Source: Basidiobolus meristosporus CBS 931.73 (taxonomy: Eukaryota > Fungi > Basidiobolomycota). Taken from it: DNA of 64,000 nucleotides. Under the pieces are notes generated by a model. It saw nothing but the letters and a program-made list of their open reading frames with translations, made no database searches and had not been told where the DNA came from. Of this stretch, positions 39,607 through 53,836 are shown piece by piece. Numbering within the stretch: the first letter of the stretch is position 1; every line of letters starts with the position of its first letter. The stretch lies in NCBI GenBank assembly GCA_002104905.1, contig MCFE01000296.1, positions 1 through 64,000 on the forward strand. Reading direction: 5' to 3'. Made by a program: the position numbers and the translations under genes.

Positions 39607-41001
39607 ATGAAGTTCAATATTTATTCTACTACTCTGCCTTCCGATACCACTAATTTCATTTCTCAGCCGATCCTCTCACCAAATACCTACAAACGCACCA
39701 AACAAGAAAACAGACAAACAATGAATGTAAAGGACCCAGCTGGACTAAAGGGAGCTATCATCCCAGATCATATAAGCTCAGATGGCTCCGAAGAGTGGTC
39801 AGGCGGCAACGATAAGAAGTCGAAATTCGCCCCTCCACCTTCCAAGAAGGTCTGTCGGCGCCAAAAGTCTGCTACTCCAGGATCTGAAACGTCAGAGGGA
39901 CTACGGTGCTCCAACTGCCAAACCACTACCACACCTCTCTGGCGCCGTAATCCCCAAGATGGCGAACCATTATGTAACGCCTGCGGCTTGTTCCTGAAGC
40001 TGCACGGCATTGTTCGCCCACTAAGTTTGAAAAGCAATGTGATTAAGAAAAGAAATAGAAACCCCATTGGAACAATGGCCAAGTTCGGCAGACACACCGG
40101 GCTTGTGTTTGGGACAGTTGCCAGCAACCGTGGCGCCGGCTGCGAAGGTGTCTTACTGTTCGAGCCATTCGACAAAACCGCAGAAGCAAATACCAAAGTG
40201 TCTCGCAAGCCACCCACCAGCTTGACCAGCTCGGATGTTTTGGCTACCAACACAACCACACCGTCCTCACCATTGAAGTTCATATCCCACTCGACCACAA
40301 AATACCCAAGCCCACAGATCGAAAAGGGGCTAAGTTTGGTGGATGAAAGGAGTCGCGAGTCATCGGCCTCATCCTCGGAGTTCTTCTCTGAAGGTTTAGA
40401 AAGCCTCCCCCTATCTGGGGTCCTACATCCAAGCACCTACGTGGATAGTGCATCCCCGGGGCAAAATTCGGAACCGTATCATCCCACCTATTCGATTTCC
40501 ACGAACAGCGTGACCGAGGTGATCGGGTCTACACCTATTTCTAAATCAGGATATCCCAGCACTTCACAGAGCTTAGTGGACCCGTTCAATTGGCTCTCCA
40601 ACCCAACTGTTCACGCCGCCACAAGTATCTCTCTACCCAGCGACCACCATCTCGCCCACGGTCAACCTGAACCTCTGCCAAGCTATTCCTGTACAAATAT
40701 CCCCATGTCATATTCTCCCGTCGCGTTTAATACCCTACTCCCCATGGTGCCCATGAACCCGGTGGACTCGCAGCCCAATTTTCAATCCAACATCCGGGCA
40801 CTCAATTCCAATTTTGAGCTTGACCATAGCAACCAGGGCAGCCCCGAGAGCTTTGTATCACAGGAATTCCCAGGGCCTACCCCACCCGCCAACTACATGT
40901 ACTCGCTAAATCAAACTTGGCAGTCGTGGAACATTGACAGGAGCCTTCCTTCTTTTCCTATTGAGTCTACCTCGACAACTGAATACCCATCTACCTCGTA
41001 G
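39607..41001 (+). CDS. GATA zinc-finger transcription factor (AreA/Gat1/Gln3-type finger)
   Basis: [51 protein letters not shown]. Real start may be 39721. Confidence 0.9.
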   Translation: MKFNIYSTTLPSDTTNFISQPILSPNTYKRTKQENRQTMNVKDPAGLKGAIIPDHISSDGSEEWSGGNDKKSKFAPPPSKKVCRRQKSATPGSETSEGLRCSNCQTTTTPLWRRNPQDGEPLCNACGLFLKLHGIVRPLSLKSNVIKKRNRNPIGTMAKFGRHTGLVFGTVASNRGAGCEGVLLFEPFDKTAEANTKVSRKPPTSLTSSDVLATNTTTPSSPLKFISHSTTKYPSPQIEKGLSLVDERSRESSASSSEFFSEGLESLPLSGVLHPSTYVDSASPGQNSEPYHPTYSISTNSVTEVIGSTPISKSGYPSTSQSLVDPFNWLSNPTVHAATSISLPSDHHLAHGQPEPLPSYSCTNIPMSYSPVAFNTLLPMVPMNPVDSQPNFQSNIRALNSNFELDHSNQGSPESFVSQEFPGPTPPANYMYSLNQTWQSWNIDRSLPSFPIESTSTTEYPSTS

Positions 41002-43215
41002 ATACTTCTGTATACTCCGTTTCATCCCTTGAACATACTACTCAATGGACATACTTTCGTTTGCACATACTTGAATATAGAATGGAGCTCACTGCAGCTT
41101 CAGCCCCTCTTCCATTCTTCAGTTTGGTTTTGAAAATTCTTTGTAGTTTAATTAGATACCACGTTGTTTATTAGAATTGATCCATAGATAATCTTTTAAT
41201 AAATAGAGCTTCGATTCGATCCTCATGGGCGTGCTTCCCAGCTGGTTATGACGTAGGTAGCATTAAAGTTTGTCTGGTGGCAGTGGCAATGGAACCGAAG
41301 CTGAGTCACATGGCCTTCCTTTTGTTTACCCATCGCTCCATCAGTTGCATTAGGAAGTTACCGAAGCTAGCATTCAGATCTCCAAAGCCCCGTGGATAGA
41401 GTTCACCCGAGGTGACATCGCACGCATGTGGACGGCGCATGACGTAGCATCGCCATTTCGACGCTTTGGGTCGAAGTGAATCCTCGTACCAGTAGGTATT
41501 TCCAGTACCAACCATATGGTGTTAAAGCCAGAACACCCATTTAGAAAGCTACATGCTCCGAATGGAATCTCAAGAACACGGTCCAACCGCTTTTGTAAAG
41601 ATGCGAAGCGGGATACATCTGTCTTAAGCCATGTGATTGAATAACGGGATTGGAGAAGCTGTGGCTTGTCTCTACGAGGAAATTTACCCTTGATTAGTGC
41701 TCTCGATTGTTCGACGAAACGCTAACCTATCCCCTGATATGGTATAGCTACAGGATGGATTTTCCCGAATAACCGAGGTGGAAGCGCGCGAAATCTGGCT
41801 CCATTCATTCCTCCCCTAATCACAATCGCGTCTGATTTTGGGTTCACCAATGAGGTTTGCAGCAAATTTCGGCAAAAATTGAATTCTATCAACCAGCTAG
41901 GTCTGACAGAATCGATCCCTCTCACCACGCTCTACACCAATCACCAGGAGTGGACGGATTCGGTCTACGGCTGAATTTGCCAAAATATTTAACCTAACCC
42001 GATAAACAATTTGGAATACAAGAAAGAATTCCGTGAGTAAGTCAGGGATCGCGGTAAACGGGAGTGGAGTCGTGATGACAATCTTGGCCAATTCGTACTC
42101 CATTTGTTCCATCAGGAAGGGGATAGGCTTCAGGATTGATGGGATTCGATGAGGTTAGACAAGCAGCGCACTCATAGATCAAGCCATATTTGTGGCTTAG
42201 TGAAAATGAACGGTGCATTTCTAAAATTAGACGCCAAGGCCTTATATTTCAGACCACATTCGAGGCTTGTGGCTGCTCCATAGTTATCTCGATGTCGGAG
42301 ATTAAATCAACGCGTTGATGACAAATCCCAGCTAAAATATTTCCCTCATCGAGAGTGCCTCAAACCCCGGTTCTGGGATCCCCCAACCAAAAGAATATCC
42401 ACCAAGTCTTTCAATTCGCAGCACTCTAGTTGTGTTTAATGTCTGTGATGTGAATATTGTTTTCTCATGTAGAAACTGGTTGAATGCTGGCACCTGTATT
42501 AATTGGCATCCAAGTAGACCCTGTTGCGTCTTGACGTCTTTCTCCATGGGTGATTTGCGCAATCTACCGGGGTAGGGAATATATATAGGTATCCAATCCA
42601 CCATATTGGCTACAATATTAGTTCACACCAGAAACAAGCCTCAAGACTTTGTCACCAAATACTCCATCATATATTAGGGATATCACTAACTTAACTTGCA
42701 ATATAATGTTCTCGGTACCACTTGAGATATACCATTCCTCTATGGCTCCAGCCAATGGTCATATTTACCACGTCATCCAGAGTTATAGTGAAACGAGTCC
42801 GTTAAAGGGCTCGTAGCTCTGTATAGTAGCGAACATCAGTGCAGTACAAATAAAGCATACAAACTATCATAGAAGCGTTTAAGCTTAGATGTCCCTTGGA
42901 ACCACCATCTGTTGACGCTTTTCCGCTCATCACTTCCCCTTGGATCGATGGTTGGTTTGATTTTATGGAAAATGGATTAATTCGAGAGTAAAATAAACAG
43001 ATTGATCAAACGGATTTCAATTGTTTTAACTAATTTGACCCAAGAGAAATTGTGAAGAAAAAAGGGAACTTTTGGCCCGTTGATTGTTGGGACCACTTCG
43101 AGGATAGAGGTTCTTCTTCGTACACACCGTTAGGCGGCAGCTTTTTTCAGCTCTTCGATATCCAGGTTCTAGTTCAACTTCGCTTATCAGAAGATACAGT
43201 ACTCCATTCTGCAAC

Positions 43216-44413
43216 ATGGATCAAGCAACACGGCCTTACAAACGACCTCGCATTCATCAAGAACCACTAGAGAACTCCAGCATCTTCGGCTCTGTCTGGA
43301 CGGGGGATGAGAAGGAGAAATTCTTTAGAGCGCTTCAAAAATACGGGAAGCGCGATATCCGAAGAATCGCGGATGATATCAAAAGTAAGAGCTATGTAGA
43401 GGTTGGATTGTATCTGGATATTTTGGAGCGTACAGCTATGGAGAAAGAGAACAAAGGTATGTTTTTAGGTCAATCTGTTCAGGAGGAAAACCGGTAGGCT
43501 CACCGGGTTCGGATCCATAGGTTCCGATTCGGAGGAGGATGACGAGATGAATTCGGTTCACCCCAGCGCTCAAGATATCTCAACGGTCAGCTTACGCGTT
43601 GAAGAAAGGCAAGCCAAGAAACTCCTGGAGGCAGAAGAAAGAAAGGCCATTAAGCGTGCCGAGCGAGAATATAACACCAGGCTGACTGAGGAGGAGTCTA
43701 AAAAAATAGAAGTTCTTCATATAGAAAACGCCCTTAGCTTGTCCAGTTTGTCGGTTCTTGTTCCGTCGACGCTTCCTTCATTGACAATTACTAATATGAT
43801 GCTTTCTACCAGGCTATACATGAAAGAAGAACCAGTGATACTAAAGGGGCTCTTCCTAGAGATGTACAATTGTCTTCTCAGGTTCCTGGTTCCTTTAATA
43901 AGGGATGTTATTATATTTGCTGAAGAGCATGTAATCGATCCTGTTGCAAGACCCCAGAACAAAATGGTAACCCCGTAGCAACGCAATTGCCATTTCTCTA
44001 TTTCTGACATAGGTTTCCTCTAGATTCATATCAATGATGTTCGAAAAGCACTTCTGTCACGCAACGCGGAATTCAACCGAGACACCTTTTTCTTCCGGTT
44101 GATAGAGCGCTTGTCGAAAGAGGACAGACTTGTCGAGGATTCCGATAGTGACTCTGACGAGCCTTTGATCTATGCTAGTCGGCGGAACACAAGGCAAGTC
44201 GTTGAGGTCCCTCCTCAATATGAAAACGACAGCACCACCGATGATGACGACGATGACGACGACAATCAAGAGGAGAGCGAATGCAGCAGCTCGAGCGAGA
44301 GCATTTGTCAGGACAGATTTAGCGACCCTGAGGATACTTTGATCTACTTAAATGACTTGCAAACAGATGGCGAAAGTGAGCAAAGCACTTCATCTAATGG
44401 CGAAGACTTGTAA
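43216..44413 (+). CDS. Myb/SANT-domain protein resembling RNA Pol I UAF subunit Rrn5; multi-exon
   Basis: WTGDEKEKFFRALQKYGKRDIRRIADDIKSKSYVEVGLYLDIL, a coiled coil and an acidic C-terminal tail. Confidence 0.6.
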
Positions 44414-44620
44414 TATTGATCGCTCTAATTGTAAATATGCTCTGTATTTGATTAAATAAAAGTGAAAAATTGGATCAAAATTGATCAGCACGAGGCCCAA
44501 TCAGCGGGCGGGAAATTTTTCGACCGGCAGCATGGGCCCTGTTAAAATCATACGAACTGCTTTGTGCAGGACTCCTTCTCTCTCGCTCCCTTTGCGGTCG
44601 TTTGATAGTATTCATTAATC

Positions 44621-45112
44621 ATGGTACGTATGCAACCACAGTACTCGACGAGGGTCTTATTTTTCACAACGGCATGAGATGTTGCGATAAGAATAAGATG
44701 CTCGTTGACGGATGGATCGGCTCACAAGTATGGATATGCCTATACGAGACTGAGCCACTAGCCTGATATTTCAGTTTTCCTCAATCATTTGTGCTTCCGT
44801 TTAGTAACCAAATTGTTTGCCATACAATAGACTAAGGGTACTCAAAGTTTCGGTAAGCGTCACACCAAGTCCCACACCCTTTGCCGTCGTTGTGGTAAGC
44901 GCTCCTTCCACAACCAAAAGAAGACCTGCGCTAGCTGCGGTTACCCTGCTGCCAAGATCAGAAGCTTCAACTGGGGTCAAAAGGCCAAGCGTAGAAAGAC
45001 TACTGGCACTGGTCGTATGAGATATCTTAAGGATGTTTCTCGTCGCTTCAAGAACGGTTTCCGTGAAGGTACTCAAGCTCAAAAGCAAGCTCCCAAGGCT
45101 GCCTCCGCTTAA
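44621..45112 (+). CDS. RPL37: 60S ribosomal protein L37 (ATG exon plus intron 44624-44830)
   Basis: [23 protein letters not shown]...[16 protein letters not shown]...[11 protein letters not shown]. Confidence 0.97.
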
Positions 45113-47227
45113 ATTTCAATGAATTGACCGTATCTCAGGATTGCATGCTCAATTCCCAATAAACCTAACGTTAGTTAAACAATTGATGCTTGATAGTTGG
45201 AGCACAGGTCGGATTGTAATGGATTTCTGTTTGAATGATGTGAGAGCTTTGATGCAATTATGAAGACCATGAAGCTGCGCAGCTAGTCTAGGCTTTGTTG
45301 GATGGTTCCTCGTGGAGTGGCAGACTAGTCTTCCAGGAATCATTGCTGCATTAGCGCTAAGGTGGTGCTCGTAACACGGCTTTTAAAGTTGAAGATTTTT
45401 TTGCCAAAACAATTCCGACACAAAATTTATGGTAACGCTGACTTGATAACCCGTGTAAGAAGCTTGAAGGTCGCAACGGCAACGTAAGTACTGTTGCCTA
45501 ATAGAAGGGTGATTTGGCCCTCTTAGGCTCACGTGGACTCTAGGCTATTGAGTGAAAAGGGATATTTTGTCTAATTAGAGTTGTACGAACTGTCGCTTGG
45601 GTATTTGGCATTTATGACTGCGATGGCTAGACCTACGAGTTTGCGACCTTGTTGATCCACCTAATTTTCGACTGTTCAGGTGATCAGAAGGTTAACTCGG
45701 TACAGCCGCCGCACTCTTCTGAACACCGGTTGATGATACAATCATTTCACTGTGGTGGAGTGATATGAAAGATGCTTCGCGCCTGGTCACTTGCACATTC
45801 CTAGAAATTTGAGGGATCAGTATTCAGTCCCGTGGCCCTGTATAATATCGAATCGTTTGCCCAGACGGTGGTGCATAGTTCATCTCAGAATCAGCAGAAG
45901 CCACCGCAAGTATGCGGTTTTAGCCCAATCGCTAGCGAGAAGAGCATGGAAATCGCGCTACTCGTTCATGGAGGCTTGGCTTAAACTCCAACCGCATCAT
46001 CCCGTTAAGATTTAAGCCATCTGGAGCCGGCCAACTTTTGATAAGTTGCAGCAGACACAAGTTCTATGGTCAATCCTAAGCGAGAAGTGGATGGCGCGAA
46101 ATCGAACAAGCGGGAGCAAAAAGAGCCAGTGCTTACATCAAGTTCAAGAAAGAAAGCCGAATACGACGGCCGTTTTACCTGCCCAGCCGTCGGGGTTGAC
46201 ATTGAGCAGCACATTTTTCTCGGGAAAGGCTTTGCGAAGCGGTGAACTTCGAGGTTACCGAACTGGGGACATCTGTTGTTAAATGTTGTATGAGCCTGAT
46301 CTCTTGAAGGATCCTCTATTGAGGCTATACATAGTCGGCTAATCATCAACAACCCGTTGCTCAGGGCCACAACGGATGTTTAGACTTGGATGACGACGGT
46401 GATGAGAATATGGCCAGGGGCATGATGATTTAGTGATTGTTCTTCGGGGACATGGGATTGGGAGGCGATGATGAGTAGAGTTGGAGCCAGGTATGTTACA
46501 CTACACCTTGTCTTCCGGATCAGGGATGTCAGCTTGGAGCTCATAGCATATGGTTCTGATGATGGGTGGATCATCTGGAAGAAAGCTGGTGGAGACATCA
46601 GGCATCTGTTGTAAGGGGGCTCGATTGGCATTATGCAGATGTCTGCCTACTCTACTCAGAAACCAACAAACACCCTGACAGCAAGTGGTGAACTGTGTTC
46701 AGCCCCACCATATGACCATACTCTAATGAGCTTCAGGGTTAGCCAAGCGTACGTACAAAGCATTGTCCAGTAGAACAAAGAGATCGCCGAAAGAGATCAT
46801 GAGGATGATTCTAGGATGGCCAAATCGCCTCTGGGATGATTCTGCACATGATTGCTGCGAACTTGTTGGAAGAGATTTATTTGACTTCGATTAATGCTTG
46901 ATATGAAAGTCCAGCATGACTCCCCAAAAAGATAGCCAGAGGATCTGTCAGCATAGATCCATCTCCAAGCGAATACATCGACTGGCTAGTTGCGTAGTAG
47001 TCCATCCATCTAAGCTTTCCGCCAGTTTAAATAACATCATCAGTCATGATTAAGCTAAATCTGACACCAGCTCCAGATGTTGTCTGACCATCTTTCCATC
47101 TTCCAATTGGGCTAGTGGAGGTACCATTTTACGAAAGCGTCGTGTTCAAGCCTCGTCATGTTGATAAAATCATATTGGTTTTCCTATATTACGAGGTGTC
47201 AAGGGGGATCCTTTCTTTGTTACTGAC

Positions 47228-48711
47228 TTGATGATGAAATTGTTGGCGCGATCATTTTTCCGTAGGCAGGATATCGAGAATGCCAATGGTGAACTGGAGC
47301 TTAAACGCAGACGCTTTGCTGAGTCCGGGGAGAAGGAGATATCCCCCCTTCTATTCAAGCCACCACTGTGGCGCCAGCGAAGAGAGTTGGTGATGCAGAT
47401 TCTCAACCAGAAGAAGCCCAACTCAGTAAACTTCCGGGAATGGTACCTTGGAAACGGCCCCAGTGCTAACATACGCTTTAGGTCCTAGATCTTGGATGCG
47501 GGGAAGGCGCATTGACCTCCTTTCTGGTGCCCACATCAGATTTCCCGTTGGTACGTATCGTCGGTGTAGAGCCTAATATTGCTCACATCAAGGTGGCAGA
47601 GCAGCGGTGCCAACCAGTGCAAATGGATTATCAATATTTAAGAGAGAATCCGCTTCGAGTCGAGTTCTACCAAGGTAAGCCTCGGAATCAGCAATAAGCC
47701 GCGGTCTAATGGAAGTTCCAGATTCGCTAGAGGTCGTGAATGAAGATCTCATCGGGATTGATGCCATCGTGTGCTTGGAAGTGTAAGCATATCCAATTCC
47801 AGTCCTTGTATTGTATCCCTATGTTGAAGATTCCGGTAGCATTGAGCATCTATATCCAGCAGCCCTAACGCAGTTTCCCATGGTAACTCTGGGGACATAT
47901 CGTCCCCAAACCATGATCGTTTCAACGCCAAATGCCGAGTTCAACGTAAATTTCCCTAATCTGAAGTACGGTACAGCGGAATCAGTGTTTCGAAATAACG
48001 ATCACAAGTTCGAATGGACACGCAGCGAGTTTTCAGAATGGTACAGGGTTTGGCGAAGCTGATCAATTCCAGAGCCTCACTTGACTAATCCTTTCGACAT
48101 GCATATGCAGGTGTGAGTCTATTGCTCAACAATATGGCTACGACGTGACACTAACTGGTGTTGGTACACTGAACAATGACTCATCCAACGGGTTTTGCAC
48201 CCAGGTCGCTGTCTTCACGACAGCTCGCTCCTTTGTTCCCACAAGATTGGTTGGCCACAGGGCTCGTCAACCGTTCGCCATCAGCGAGTTTCCGTACTAC
48301 CAAGGCGGGGTCGGAAGCGACGAAGAGATCTTGCAGGAAGCGTGTAACGAGCTACAGTTTGGACCCCAAATTTCGGCGTCACCTCCACACCAGCTGGATA
48401 TCGAGACTTTTTGGAGAAGCTTGAGGATACGTCAATTGTGCAAGACCAAGTCCAGGCTGTGTGAAGTTTTCATGCGATCGGGATATTTCGAAATGGCAGG
48501 TGAAGATAAAGTTCTGATGTTCAAGAACCCGTGGTTATGTCATTCAGAGCCGATCGTTGAGCCAGGGTATGCTGATGATCATTCCCAACCACAAGATACG
48601 CCCAATTACGGTGAAAGTGTGAACTGGAAACTAGAATATACTGCAGATGGGGAAGCATGGCCGAGAGACGAGATTCCTGGATCCGAATCGTGGATAGGCA
48701 CATGGAATTGA
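47228..48711 (+). CDS. HEN1: Small RNA 2'-O-methyltransferase HEN1/HENMT1; multi-exon, start uncertain
   Basis: FKPPLWRQRR, LDLGCGEG after splicing, IVCLEV, IVSTPNAEFN and FRNNDHKFEWTRSEF. Confidence 0.9.
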
Positions 48712-48809
48712 TGAAATCGTGACCATTTTGTAGTCACACTTGATAGAGCGATGTACGAACAAATTGATGCTATTAAAAGCCATTTGACCTCACCCAGAGT
48801 TGGTTCGAA

Positions 48810-49843
48810 ATGTCGAATGATTTACCTGATTTTGAGTTGCTGGAAACACTCCTTTGGAGCAAGGCTCAAGGTTCGAAAGATGTTGAGAAGGAAGATGTCG
48901 CGTGCTTTACCAGTATTGCTAATCTCCACTCTTTACTACTTACTAGGGTTTTACCTGCTAGAGAGACACCTTACCAGATTATTCAACTCGGCCAAATACT
49001 TCCATGAAGGCCATCCAGAGATATTCACCACATTACCTACCTCGGAAGAGATTGCCTCCAAGATTGTTGAAGAAACCGAACCATACCGTAGAAAATACGA
49101 GCACTTAAGGGTTCGTTTGTATTGCGCATATTTATCTGGGTTTCTCCAGTGCATTAAATGCGTAAACTACTTTTAGATCCGGCTCCTGTTGAACCCCTGC
49201 GGTAGCTATCGAATCCAAGTGAGTGAAGAAACACCGAGCGTGTTCAATGGTGCGTTTCAGTTGCAACATTAGTGCGAAGTGCGCTCACTCATGATCAATC
49301 TGGCCATAGATACACCTTACGTAGTTGTGGCTGACAAGCCAGTTGATAGTCAGGATGTGTTTTTAAGACACAAGACAACCTATCGTGCTACATATAATCA
49401 AGCACGAGAAAGGGCCGAGATCGGAAAGGCTGGCGGCCCACTTGACGTGATTCTTTTCAACGAACGTGGTGAGGTCACGGAGACCTCCATCGGTAACATT
49501 GCCATCGAAGTACCGAATAGCGACGGTTCGAAAAGTATTTGGAAAACACCCAGTATTCATTGTGGTATGGCGCTTACCGACCAAAGCATGGAGAGTGTTT
49601 CCTAATCCTTACTTCGTACAGGTCTATTGGGGGGCGTTCATCGAGAAGAGATGCTTGCGCGCAAAGAGATGATAGAAGGGATCATTTCTCTGGATGATCT
49701 CTTTGATGCGGCAAAGGTATGCTCCCATCGCGTGCCTCTACTAGATGCCTACTAATCTGTGATGACAGAATAATCGCCGGATGAAGATATTTAATTCAGT
49801 TCGCAAAGAAATCCACGTTTGCTTAAAGAAACAAGATTCCTGA
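48810..49843 (+). CDS. Class IV PLP-dependent enzyme, 4-amino-4-deoxychorismate lyase-like (Abz2/PabC); multi-exon
   Basis: FELLETLLW, LLERHLTRL, FLRHKTTYR, FNERGEVTETSIGN, and WKTP followed by GLLGGVHR after splicing. Confidence 0.75.
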
Positions 49844-49917
49844 CTGTATTTCGTGATGACGAGGACGATATTAATAAACGAAATAAAGGGATTATAATAC
49901 AACGAGTGAAAAGCCAT

Positions 49918-52900
49918 TCATAGGCGAATTGGAAGCTTTAGCTCCGGGAAGAGCGACATCAGCACTTCATCTAGGATTGTATAAACCAAGTGCTCGTTCA
50001 ATCTACGGTTTTGAAACAATGTGAAAACACGCCGGGCACCGCGCCGAGCGTTCTCGCGGCCAACCATATTTCCAAGCGATTCTGAAGATTGAGGTGAGAT
50101 CGATGTGGAGTGGGAATCGAGTGACGTTGCCATACCTGGAAAAAAGGTAGAAAGCTTACGGTTCGCGGTTTCTTTCGTTTGGATCTTTTCTTCGAATGTG
50201 CGCTTCTCGGCCGCCTTGGGCCATTCGCCGTTAGGCCACAAAGAATCGCTGACCATATTAATCCACGTAGCCATAGTGTCGTCGGTGAGCGTTGTTTTCA
50301 TGGTCGATTTGATTTTCCTATTGAAGCCAAGAGGTCAGAAGAGTCTGGATGGGCCAAGTGTCGAAGCAACACTTACCTCTCGATAGTTCCACCCAAGATC
50401 TGCTGCAGTACAATGACCACTGCTTGGCGTCTTAACCAATTGTTCTTTTCTTTGAGCTCAAATATCTCAATAAATAGATCGCATAAAGGCTCAGTCAGAG
50501 AAGTAATCCCTTCGCTCTCGATCGGCTGCAGACCGATGTCAGGTCCCGATACCGTGACAACTGAGGTGTTGGTTAATCGTGTTGGATTATTTGGATCCTC
50601 TAAACTGGCTTCGTTGAGCATCGTAACTTGCTGACCCAAGCGTTGGGTAACTATGTCTACAGTGGATTGGCCGTTGAACATGTCGTCAATCCCCTCAGCC
50701 ACGGTTTGATAGATGTGCTTCATGAAACCAATAGACCGTTTCCGCCGCAGTCGGCTGTGTAGCATTTCATTGCTACTCCGATTGGTCAGGGACAGGTTTT
50801 GCTGGCAAAAGAAGGTCTTGAACTCCTGAGTCTTACAAACATCATGGTTCTTCACCAACAACTAGCAAGGAAAACCATCAATCAATGGTGAGAAACCGAA
50901 TGGCTTCAATCTGGTCTTACCTGAAGATATTTCTCCAGAGCTACCCTGCGAAACTCCACAAAGCTTTTGTGAAATTGAAAGCCCACACGCTTACCGGGAA
51001 ACTCGTATCGTCGTACCTCAGGAAATCGGGCTTTTAAGAGATTGTGGAGATTATAAAATTCGCTGTAGCGGCGCGTTACCACCCAGCCAGAGGCGTAGGT
51101 GCCGTCAGAAGCTTTCTGATGAACCTCGATGACGTACAAAACGAAATCCTTGGTTCCGTCATTACTTATCGTGCAGCCCGTGATGTTCACTGTGGTACGA
51201 CCCTACAAAAGAGGTGAATATGGGAATACTGAATAATCAAAGATATGGCTTATTTACCGGCAGGATGGAGTTCTCGGCTTCCTGGAGTTCGTATTGAGTT
51301 TTCTGGTATGTGGTTTCTTGCATTTCCCGACGAAGAGCGTGCTTCGATTTTTTGAGAATTCGAAGTTCGTCCATTTTCCCGCTAGTTTCGGCCTTTTTTA
51401 TGAGTGTGTCGACAATGGCCTCCTGTTGATTGATTTTGTCGATTTCTTCCGTTAGGCGTGAGATTTCATCAGATAGCATGAGGTCTCCTGGCGGCGCCAG
51501 GTGGACGTTATTCGCGATGCTGGTATTATCATCGGCCTCTTGCGCAGGTGTTTCTTCGGACGAATCATTGGAATCCCGTTCGGAGTCTGAGTTGGGATGC
51601 TCCGCAAACTGAACCGCTTGGTTTTTCCCTATAGAACAGGAACAGCATGAGCAATTGCCACTAGCATAGTGCCAAGAGAGCAGGCCTTACCCTTGGAAAT
51701 TCTAGTTTCCTCCGACTCGGATATATCCCCTGTATCCATAATAGTCGACAACGCGGCTTCCACGGCCTCGATGGCATCAGTGCGGAGGAGATCGTCTTCT
51801 TTGAAAGTGATCTGTAGACCCGGTGTTGATGGTGTTTCGAAGAGCTCCTGTTGCATAGGGATCCGCTGGGATGATCCAGGGGTAGACCTTGGGGATTTCA
51901 GTAGAGATGAAGGTTGATACGAGGAAGCAACAGACCAGTTGTCATTCTCAATCGGGCTAAAAGGAACCAAACTATCAGTACGACTCCTGTTAAGGATTCC
52001 ACCTGGTGCTCGCTTGGGCGTAGAAAATGGGTCAGGCTGATATTCCTGCTGAATCACCTCGGGCTCTAGCGTAGAATTTCCTAAGCTAGCCAGGAACTTG
52101 AAATATAAATCGCTCTCGCGAAACCGAGGGAAATCAGACATCTCCATCTGATTGAACACCTCCTTTTGTGCTTGCAGAATGTACTCGTATCCGTTGGTTG
52201 TGTTGTTGTGAGGAATCTCAAACACCAAATTCTGAATCTTCTCCAACAACCTGGGACTGATTTCTAACGGCTGAACTAGATTCTCGGAGAAGTACATATC
52301 GTAGATCCGTCGCACATCCTCTCGAGCGGTGAGCCTCTCCTCCTGCCCATTACTAGTATTTCGCAAGCTTGTCATGTCCTCCTTCAAACCCTCAACCATC
52401 AACCAGAACTGAAGCCGCAGCATTCCTCCGGTGCGATCCATGTGCTCCATCCAGTACGACAATCCAGTGGAGCTTGACAACATCATTGAGAGGGTGAGAA
52501 CAGGAGGGGTTGGAGAGTCGATGTTTAAGGAATCATTTTCAATATAGATGCTGCTTCGGCTCTGAGGCTATAAGAGTTCTATTGTGAGAGAGATTTTCAG
52601 CAGGTCTGTGATTCAAAACTTCCTAACCTGAGAATATGCCACACCTCCTAATGCCATGATTCGCTTCTCCGCTTGCCTCTTGGCTACGTACAACCGATTG
52701 ATGTACACTTTGATCTCAGCAACCTTTTGCCCTTGAACTATCTCGTCCTTTTCTCTACCAGTGATGGCCATTCGTTTCTTTCTGATCTGAGTGACAATCT
52801 CATTTCGAATTCGCTTGATGTCCAAGAGGTTACTGCACTCCTTGATCATTCTTAGGAACTCCTCAAAGGTATGTATTTGTGAAGAGGTTTCCTCGTGCGC

Positions 52901-53836
52901 TGCCTGCTTGTTTAGCGCTGCTCTCAGCTTGTTCACCATCTTTTGCTCGCGAATTAAGTAGGTCGTATTGGTGTCAATGATTCGGTTCCAGAGGTCGGGA
53001 TCTGATAGAACTTCCATGGTGGATTGGAGAATTGTGCAAGCGAGAACCTCTCTAATTAAAACACGCTGAATGGAGCTACTCATAGAACGCTCACTAAACA
53101 GTAAATCAAGCAGTCGCTCTACCACTTTCCTCAAGTATTTATCTTTCGTTGATCTACCGCTAGAATTAGGTTGAACAGCCGGATGTAAACGGCCTTTGTT
53201 ATAGTGCTTGACTATGAGTGCGTCTAGTTCATCCGATTCGGTCAAGTTACGTTCAAAACTACCCCGGACTGCCATCTCAGCTTTACGAAATTCATGGACG
53301 TGTGTTGTTATGACTGGGACGATCTTTCCTATCACAACGGAAGCCACATCAATCGATTCAACTCTAGTAGAAAATACCCCTACTGCTTCGTATAGCATAC
53401 GAGTGATAGCCTTTATCATCACTGTCTCGGGGCTGATTTTCTCATACCAACTCCGGATGAAATCTCTTATTACGTACGAGATGAGTTGGTCGATGGCTTT
53501 TTCGATGCTTGGGAACCCAGAGAGTGTCAAGTATTTTGGAGAACTTGCTCTTTCCATACTGCGACGCAGTTGCATCGCAGCCCACTCAGGCTCACTTGTA
53601 AACACTAGTGGCCTCAAGCAATCCTGTTTACTCGAGTAGTGTTCATGCTCACGTTCTGTCTGCGAACGGTAATACCAGTAAGAGATTAACAAATTGGTCG
53701 ATAAGAGCGCTAAGGCTATGAACAGGAATATGGTAAATATGAAGAAAAATTGGTACAGAATCGAGAAGTAATTCAAAAGCAAAAGAAGAGTCGTGGTGAA
53801 TAAGAAGTAGCCAGAGAGGTCTGGAATAGAAGCCAT
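49918..53836 (-). CDS. Sorting nexin with TM-PXA-RGS-PX-Nexin_C architecture (Mdm1/SNX13-14-like); multi-exon
   Basis: N-terminal TM, PXA (YVIRDFIRSWY), RGS (LQFWLMVE), PX (VTRRYSEFYNLH) and C-terminal NWLRRQAV / QILGGTIER. Confidence 0.9.
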
